Origin: Utricularia gibba
Taxonomy: Eukaryota > Plantae > Magnoliophyta
Direction of reading: 5' to 3'
DNA: 64,000 bases
Assembly (NCBI GenBank): GCA_002189035.1
Contig: NEEC01000014.1
Coordinates: 1,674,001 to 1,738,000, forward strand
How positions within the stretch are numbered: the first letter of the stretch is position 1; each line of letters begins with the position of its first letter. The notes below the pieces were generated by a model. The model made no database searches. It had not been told where the DNA came from and saw only the letters and a list, made by a program, of their open reading frames with translations. This document shows positions 56,355 through 64,000 of this stretch, one piece after another. Both the position numbers and the translations under genes were made by a program.

Positions 56355-58601
56355 TCAGCCAAATGTCTCGATTAGGAAAGTTTTGTAGACGCTCATAAAC
56401 TTGGCCACAAACGCTGCCAGGAGAATAAACAGTTTCAGACTAGGTGTTCTTTGCTGTGGGTAATCAGGAGATCTGCATACCTTCAAGATGAAATATAGCC
56501 TTCTGTCCAAGTCGTAGCCTGTGTTCCTGGAAGAGAAGTTAGGCAGGCAGAGTTTACAACCCAGGTAGTAGTAGCGTTTGTGGTGTTTGTGATAAATTGC
56601 TGATTAAAACATAGGTGAAACTTCAAAAAGGTAAATTGCAAGAACTTACATAATATGCAGCCCAATGTGCGACTTCAAACTTGAGATCAGAATCTAGTTT
56701 CTTCAATAATTCATACAGTAGCCTCTGCAATATAGTGACAGTCATACCAGATTGAGATCAGAATCTAGTAGGAATAGTATGGTACAGTGCCATTAGAAAA
56801 TAACAAAGGTGAACCTTCAAGATGATTTCAGGAGGAATGCAATTTGTAAGTAGCTCATACAGCTGCCCACGAACTTCAAACAATCTGCTAGGGTATCATA
56901 ATATCTTTTAGAAGAAACAGCCCTCAAAATCAGAAGGTAATACATCAAATCAAGGAAATACATTGAATATGCGGGGAAGGTTAATGAAAATGTACACTGA
57001 AGATCGTGAGACCTTTTAGGCGTCTGTTCCTTAAATATGCTTGATGCTATTTCAGAAATGTATTCCTCCCAATCCATGGGAGGTATTGCCTGAGTAGCTG
57101 AAAAGGGGTATCTATGGAAGAGTGGATTAGATCATTGAAAAAAGAAGCAAAGGATAGTGAGTAGATCATATAAAACCGAAATATAAAACTCAACTGTTGA
57201 ACACGGCAGGTTTCAAAAAACAAGATTGCCCTCCTTAGGCTCCTATTAGATTGCCTTGCTATCCGACCAGCAAATCCAGGTGGAAGTTGCAATCCTTCTT
57301 TCTTCCCAATAAATTCCAGCACATTCACGATCTACCAATTGGGAGGCATGCATCCTAAATGCACGCCAACAACAGAATAGAGAATATAGAGGTGCGAATT
57401 TACTTACCTCCTCCTGTGATGGAGAATTTATTCTCAAGTTCAGACAACGAGAGCGCACAGCTTCAGTAACCTTGGAGGAGCTGTTGCAGCACAGAATGAG
57501 CCGGCAAGATGCACTATATTTCTCCATTGTTCTTCTGAGAGAGTGTTGGGCTTCCCTAGAGAGTTTGTCCACCTCATTCAATACTAGAACTGTTATAAAA
57601 TTAATATGTGATCATGGAGTTAGTTCCTCGCAAATTTAAAAGAACGTAATTTCATTGAGAAAGCTAAGGAAAATAATTAGTCCATTTTACCTTTGAAACC
57701 CTTCTTCCCCTTTGTGTCAATAGGTCTGTTCTTCGCCATTTCCTTGATGACCTCTTGAACAACGTGCCTGTCCTGAAATCCTGCATCACTGGGAGTCAGC
57801 TCAACATGATGTGTGCTTGACAAAGTAGTCAACTCCACATCAATAGTCCTTGTTCCAGCCTGGAACACAAATTTCTTCAAAAGTCAGGTTCATGATAAAC
57901 ATATGGACATATTAAACCGAAGCATTGAAGACTCACATCAACTTTCCAGTTCTTGTTCTCCACTTTGACCTGCAGGTTAACATACACATACACTTGAAGT
58001 TAGCCAAGTGTACCCCTTCATAATCAGACCACAGCAGCATCATGTGCAAATAAAAGGGCATTATTTACACTGTAAAAACCAAGAAAAACGCCCCCATGTT
58101 AATCCACAAGATATCAAATTTCCAAGATAGGTTCAAATTTCTCTGGGGATAAAAATTACGCATTGGGGCAGTTCAAAAAGTGATCTTTTCCTGTATTTTT
58201 CTTCAGAACAAAACTAGCAGGCTGCACACAAGTCAGTTCTAGAAGAATGTGATTCTTATTATCAAAGGCGCGTCCGTGAAACATAAACCCGGAAAAACAA
58301 AAAAAACCGTACCTTATCAGCACTCGCACCAAACATCTGTCTGAGAAGCGCCATGATTAGGGTTTTCTTACCCGCCCCGGAAGGCCCATAGAAAAGCAAA
58401 TGCGGACAATCTTGCTCAGCAACCTACGGTGGAAAGAACGCAGATTCAGAACCCATATCGGAAACATAAAAACCCTTGACAAATTTCTCGAACAACAGTG
58501 TATAATCGCCGACTTACCAGTTTCTTCAAATTCTCAGCAATATCCTGATGTATAAGAACCTTGTCTAGAGTTTTCGGACGGTACTTATCCACCCACAACA
58601 T
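56355..58601 (-). CDS. RFC3: Replication factor C small subunit (38-kDa RFC3 type; called RFC5 in some nomenclatures)
   Basis: MLWVDKYRPKTLD, CPHLLFYGPSGAGKKT (Walker A), LNEVDKLSREAQHSLRRTMEKYS, RSRCL, SNRSLRRAIL, EHRLRLGQKAIFHLEAFVAKFM. Confidence 0.95.
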
Positions 58602-58691
58602 CTTCTCCTTCTCCTCAGCTCCTCCGATGTATTCCACAAGTCACAAAGAAACCCGATGTGAACGGTACCAGAGTGCACCACAACACCCTGA

Positions 58692-58702
58692 TTGGCGGGA
58701 AA
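58692..58702 (-). promoter_or_regulatory. E2F/DP binding site upstream of the RFC gene
   Basis: Plus-strand TTGGCGGGAAA equals minus-strand TTTCCCGCCAA, a canonical E2F element about 90 bp upstream of the ATG of a DNA-replication gene. Confidence 0.7.
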
Positions 58703-59441
58703 AAGAAACGTGTCCGAAACAACCTAAAGTCGCTTTTATTTATTTGTAAGAAAAAAAAAAATCAAGCATTTATTTGTAGGGTTCGAATCCTTCCCACCCC
58801 AAACCGGAATATTTTCTATTTTAATTTTGATTGGGAGGGGAGGAAATGGATAAGGGGAATAATTAATAAATATTGTGGCAATTTATTTTCAATTAAATCA
58901 TTTAATTCCCATCCCCATGTTCCAAAATTCCCATAAATTACAAATTTAGTTTCAAAGAATAAATTTTAATCGAATTAATTACAAAAAAAATCCCATCTTC
59001 TAACATAGGTAAAAAAAAATTATTATTTTTAATATTAATTTTTTAAATATATGAAATATCAGAAAGGAAATAAATGTAATCACTTTTGAAAATGATTACT
59101 GTAACCACCGTTCCTGCCCTACTAACCATTCTTCTTCCTCCTTACAGTTTTCTATTACAAATATTTAATTCTGCAGTTCAACTAGACGTTGTGAAAACCA
59201 ATTTCTGGATGTTAGTGAATGCGGACAAGTGAATTTGCCTTTTGGGTTTCATTCGTAGATAACTGAAACCTGGGAGGCTGGGACGTGTCTGAATTTTACA
59301 GCCGGGGATGCACTCTAAATCAACGCGAGTTCCACCCTCCCCCACGTAACACCTACTTCTTTGGAGCTTTTATAGCTCTGAAGTGGCGGCCAACACTCGG
59401 ATTTGTTGACCTTTTCTGTCCCGTTGTTTCACATTCGCTCG

Positions 59442-61165
59442 ATGGGTTTACTGTCTATGGTGCTCCATCATAGGCAGAGTATCGTTTCTCTGTTTCTAAG
59501 CCTATCCTTTCTCCTGTTGATTGCCCAATTCGTCATTTCTGATCGTGATTTCCGGAACCCTGTTTCTGTTTTAGATGGCAATCTTCGTGGGAACGACGAA
59601 AGTTGCGGACTTGATGTTCCTCGTGGGGTTTCGGAATACGGATCCAAGTGTGGGTTTGTGAGGAATCACAGTGGTTGCTTGAGTAAGGGGTACTTGAATT
59701 ATCTCGTAATCTTTTACTGCACTTACGAACATCAGCCTGTTGTTGGATTCGTAGTGCTTTCGTTGTGGCTCGTTATTCTGTTCTATGTGTTGGGAAATAC
59801 AACATCTGAGTACTTTTGCCCCGCCGTCGGGCGATTATCGAGGATTCTGAAACTTTCTCCGACGATCGCCGGAACCACGCTGCTCCCACTGGGGAACGGG
59901 GCCAACGATGTGTTCTCAAGCGTAATATCTTTTACACGTTCTGGTGAGGGGAATGTTGGCCTCAACAGTATTCTTGGTGGGGCGTTTTTCATCTGCTGTT
60001 TTGTGGTGGGGGTCCTCAGTATTTCCGTATCCTCTCGCCAAATTGCAGTTGATAAAGCGAGCTTCATCAGGGATGTGGTCTTCTTCCTCCTTGTTCTGTG
60101 TTGCCTGGTGCTAATCATTGCTTTTGGAAAGATTAATTTCTGGTTTGCTCTGTGCTTCTTTTCTCTCTACGCTGTTTACATCGGTTTAGTCTCTGTTATG
60201 CATTTGCGTTACAAGCCGGAAAGAGTAATCAATCCGCCGATCGCTAATGATGAGATAACGGCGCCGTTGCTTGGCCGTGTGGATGAAGAAAAAGGAAACA
60301 CAAGTCACCATGTCTCAGAATTGGAAGATTGTAATCATGAGCAGGGGAGGAGAGTAACATTTACAGTGGAGTGCAAGTATTGGTTCAGCCGTATCCTCTT
60401 TGTTCTGGAACTACCATTATCACTGCCAAGAAAGCTCACAATCCCTCTTGTGGATGAAGAAAATTGGTCCAAACCATTAGCAGTGGCTTCTGCAACTCTG
60501 TCACCCCTACTATCAGCAGCCCTTTTCAACACACAGACACTCCACGCCAACTCCAAAATCAGTCTTCTTATATACTTGCTGTCAGCTCTGCTTGGAGCTA
60601 CTGCTGGCTGCCTAGCTCTCTTCCTCACCGAAACCTCCACCCCTCCAAGAAGATTCCTCCTCCCCTGGCTAACCGGCGGCTTCATCATGAGCATTGTCTG
60701 GACATACATCATAGTGGAAGAACTGGTCTCCCTCATGGTCTCCTTCGGACACATTCTCAACATCAGCCCTTCCATCCTCGGACTCACTGTCCTAGCATGG
60801 GGGAACTCCTTAGGAGACCTCATTTCCAACTTGGGAATGGCGGTGAAAGGGGGTGAAGATGGCCCCCAGGTGGCGGTTTCAGGGTGCTACGCCGGCCCAC
60901 TGTTCAACACACTCGTCGGATTGGGACTATCTCTGGCTCTAGCGGCGTGGAACACTTACCCCGGCGAGTACTCCCTTCCCAAGGATGACGATTTGTATGA
61001 GACCTTGGGGTTCTTGATGGCCGGCTTGGTTTGGGCGCTGGTCATGTTGCCCAAGAAGAAAATGCAGCTTGATAAGTCCTCGGATGCGGCCTTCTGGCCA
61101 TCTACTTGTGCTTTTTGTGCTTGAGACTTGTAAAGGGATTGGGTTTCCTCACACTTGGAGACTGA
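59442..61165 (+). CDS. CCX1: Cation/calcium exchanger (CCX1/2-like), intronless; apparent 1-nt frameshift at about 61077-61079
   Basis: Alpha-1 repeat AGTTLLPLGNGANDVFSS, alpha-2 repeat LGLTVLAWGNSLGDLISN, AVSGCYAGPLFNTLVGLG. The last TM helix LGCGLLAIYLCFLCLRL is in the shifted frame (stop 61163-61165). Confidence 0.9.
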
Positions 61166-62205
61166 TCTGCAACTGTACAGAGCAGCTTATGTGCAAATTT
61201 TATGAGAATTAATTTCTACAGAAGTAGAACAAGACGTTAAAATGTAAGAAAAATCACATCCTGATCCATTGTCCCTGTCTGAAGGCTCTACACGGAAGCG
61301 AAGAAGTGATGCCCCCGCACGTCTCTGCTAATCCTACGCTACAAGTGACATCACATCACACGCAGCAAGTAGTCTTACGCTGCTGTAATGATTTAATCCA
61401 TTTGGTCTTGACTTTTGCCAGGCCATGACGATGGTCTGAGTTTATTTTGTTTTTCATGTGCGTTTTTATGTTGTAAAGATGTTGCCTTTTGGCCTAATCC
61501 TGTGACCCCATTCACTGCACATGGACAATATGGGAATGAAGATTACAACAAGACAACGTAGACAACCATACCAAGTTGTAATGAGAATAATAATAAGCAA
61601 AAAATCTCTGCTCCAAAAAACAAGATTCCTGATCCAGTGATCCTCATACACGTAAAAAGGTTAAAAAAGTTCCAAATTTACGGTAAACACCACTGTTTAC
61701 CACGGCCCAGTTGAAAAAGTTCCAAATTTTATGGCAAAGTTTCTTTCTTTATAATCCAAATCTGAGAATACAAATAAAGCATCGCACTGCAGAGTCATAT
61801 CCGTTGGAAGAAGAATCCCACTTCGAGAAAGACAACATGAAATTTTCAGGGAAAACAGTACTTGGAACTTGAGCTACAAATGCCACCCCCAAAACACCTA
61901 CCTATTCAAAATATCTGCGCCGGAGAATCGAAATCGTTCAACTGCCGCGAAACTTAGTGAATAATCTGCGAACACGATGGATCACGTCTCGATCACGAAG
62001 CGAATCAGCAACTATAATCCCACACCCTTATTGGGTCCAGGTTGCTCTAGCCATCGTCAATTATCTTCGTTCAAATAATCAAACACCCAAGATGGATTTT
62101 AATCACGATTATGTTTCGATTGATCGATATAGCACCAAAATGAGGTTTTGTGCTCCCCACCGCAAATCATTCCATGAGAGACTGCATTTTGGCTTCCTTT
62201 TCGGC

Positions 62206-63066
62206 TTATACCAGTCCCATAATGTCCTGTTCAGATGCTCTGAGTACAGGAATTTTCACACTAGGGGCTCGCACTCTGTGTCTAGATACTTTTCTGGGCA
62301 GAAGACAATGTAAGCATTCCAATTTCGATCAATTTCCAGATGATACAGGCGCACCCCGCCTGCATATTCCCCAAGGAGCTTATATGACCTTTCCGTTTCA
62401 TCCATTGCTACACATGCCTCTCTCGTGCCTACATTTTGAGCATAGTCAAAAGAAATGGCATTTGAAACAGTAAACTGTGTGGAAGAAGGTTGTCATTACA
62501 AGCGGCATGTTCTAGTTGAGTCTGGTAGATGAACTCCAGGACTTGTGAAATCTCTAGCTCGAATTGGTGAAATGGGCCATTCTCAAAGTTCATTTTTCTC
62601 AATTTGCAGATGCCTTCTCCAAGTTCCATCATCGCCCCCCTGTGATTCTGTCCCAAAAGAAAAAAAAAGTTGCAGACACTTTCTTGATGATGGATTCAAT
62701 CAGAAACGCTACCTGGTTGAAGAGATGATGAAAGCTGACTGCACACTGCAGGATCCCATGTACTAGAGTGCGAGTTGGCTCTTCTGAATCATTCCACAAT
62801 GCTTCAAGAACATCATGGCATTTGTAATATTCCCTTCTGTTGAAAAGCGCCACAGCCTCATCGAAGCTGTAAGTTCCTTCATCTTCCTCGTCGTTTTCTT
62901 CATCCCTGAACCGAGCCCAGGTCACTACTCGTAGAGCCAGATATCCTAAAAATCGTGATTTTTTGTGTTGGGCATGAAAAGAAGCGAAATTTGAGGGTCT
63001 TCTCAAGGGAATTTTGGCTGACTCTGATGAAGAAATTGGTGGGAAAGAAACTGGAAGAGTAGCCAT
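62206..63066 (-). CDS. DUF309-domain protein with plastid-like transit peptide, 3 exons; probable 1-nt frameshift near the C-terminus (62264-62267)
   Basis: FDEAVALFNRREYYKCHDVLEALWN...LVHGILQCAVSFHHLFNQ / NHRGAMMELGEGICKL. As assembled, the frame stops at 62256-62258; the shifted frame continues VKIPVLRASEQDIMGLV-stop. Confidence 0.85.
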
Positions 63067-63303
63067 TGACGATAACAGAACAAGAACATAGATCTTTTTC
63101 TCCCTTGCCACAAAAAAAAAAAAAGAAGAAATCTTTTAGGGTCTCAATGAAAATTAGCAAACAATGTAGGCATGTAATGTAAAAACAACTGAAAGGCGGT
63201 GCGGAATTAGTAAAACAAAACAATGGAAGGCAGAACTGAAAATCCGACCTATTGCAGAATCAGAGTACTCAGTTCTCACTTCCAGTCGTCACCGCCGAAG
63301 CTC

Positions 63304-63941
63304 ATGGCTTCCGAGAAAGACGCTGCGCATGCGGCTATTCCCTCAGATTCCCCTACCATGTCGTAGATCTTATCCTTATAACTTCCTCTGTTTCTTCGTT
63401 ATTGATGATTTGATTTCTATTCCTAATCTTGTTCTCTCCGATTTCTTGATTCCGTGCAGATTTGACAAGATTATCAGCAAGGAAATTCCCGCCTCTATTG
63501 TGTACGAAGATGAACAGGTTTTTTTTTCGATCCCTCATGATTCTGAATTTGATTTTCAATCTTCGCTTACTGCGAACAGAGGACATGTGCCTTGTTTACA
63601 TCCCACGGAAGATCATCTCCAATGGTTTCCGAAAATCTGGAGTGCCATGTCACTTTTACTATATTTTCGAAAATCTAGTTACTAACAAAGTTCATAGTTG
63701 CTATACATCCAGTGAGAATCTCTTTTACTTCCCGATCTGTTTATGTTGAACAGATGTGGCACTAGGATGCGCATTGTGTTTATTATATGAATCTGCCTGT
63801 GGATGAAATTGTATGTGTACTTATTCTCAAGGGCGAACCTTTCTTGCTTAGGTGCTTGCTTTCAGGGACATATCTCCCCAAGCTCCGGTTCACATTATTC
63901 TTATTCCTAAAGTGAAGGATGGACTGACTGGGCTGGCAAAG
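63304..63941 (+). CDS. HINT1: Histidine triad nucleotide-binding protein 1, first three exons; 3' end outside the window
   Basis: MASEKDAAHAAIPSDSPTI / FDKIISKEIPASIVYEDEQ / VLAFRDISPQAPVHIILIPKVKDGLTGLAK. The HIT motif itself is beyond the window. Confidence 0.92.
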
Positions 63942-64000
63942 GTATGAACACTATGCGTCTGATGACTTGGTTTCACTATTGTGTCATCTGTGCAAATCTT

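Overview
Gene-dense eudicot nuclear euchromatin: 21 protein-coding genes in 64 kb (about 1 per 3 kb), mostly short introns and short AT-rich spacers. That density suggests a miniature genome such as Lentibulariaceae (inference only; species not determinable here). Gene order: OLA1/YchF (5' truncated), PRELI/MSF1, ATL RING-H2, RAX/MYB36-like MYB, C2H2 ZFP, KAS III, GPP/GS1-like HAD phosphatase, cytochrome P450 reductase, homogentisate phytyltransferase (VTE2), a conserved unknown protein, a nucleotide-sugar transporter, HD-Zip II, RRS1, MYB60, CAT2-type amino acid transporter, CBR1, GT47/ARAD-like, RFC 38-kDa subunit, CCX, DUF309 and HINT1 (3' truncated). I found no rRNA, tRNA, CRISPR array, intact transposon or convincing miRNA. 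The strongest pattern is that 7 of the 21 genes (ATL, ZFP, HD-Zip II, MYB60, CBR1, CCX, DUF309) are each broken by one apparently missing base at a short G/C run, with conserved sequence resuming in the shifted frame. This is most likely long-read consensus error, not biology, but it corrupts the gene models and is easy to test. Other points: three GC-AG introns, a DOF-site cluster at the MYB60 promoter, an E2F site at RFC, an HD-Zip II lacking CPSCE, a 300-bp degenerate fold-back, an AT-rich repeat family and two weak small-peptide candidates. I did not find a convincing novel biological system.
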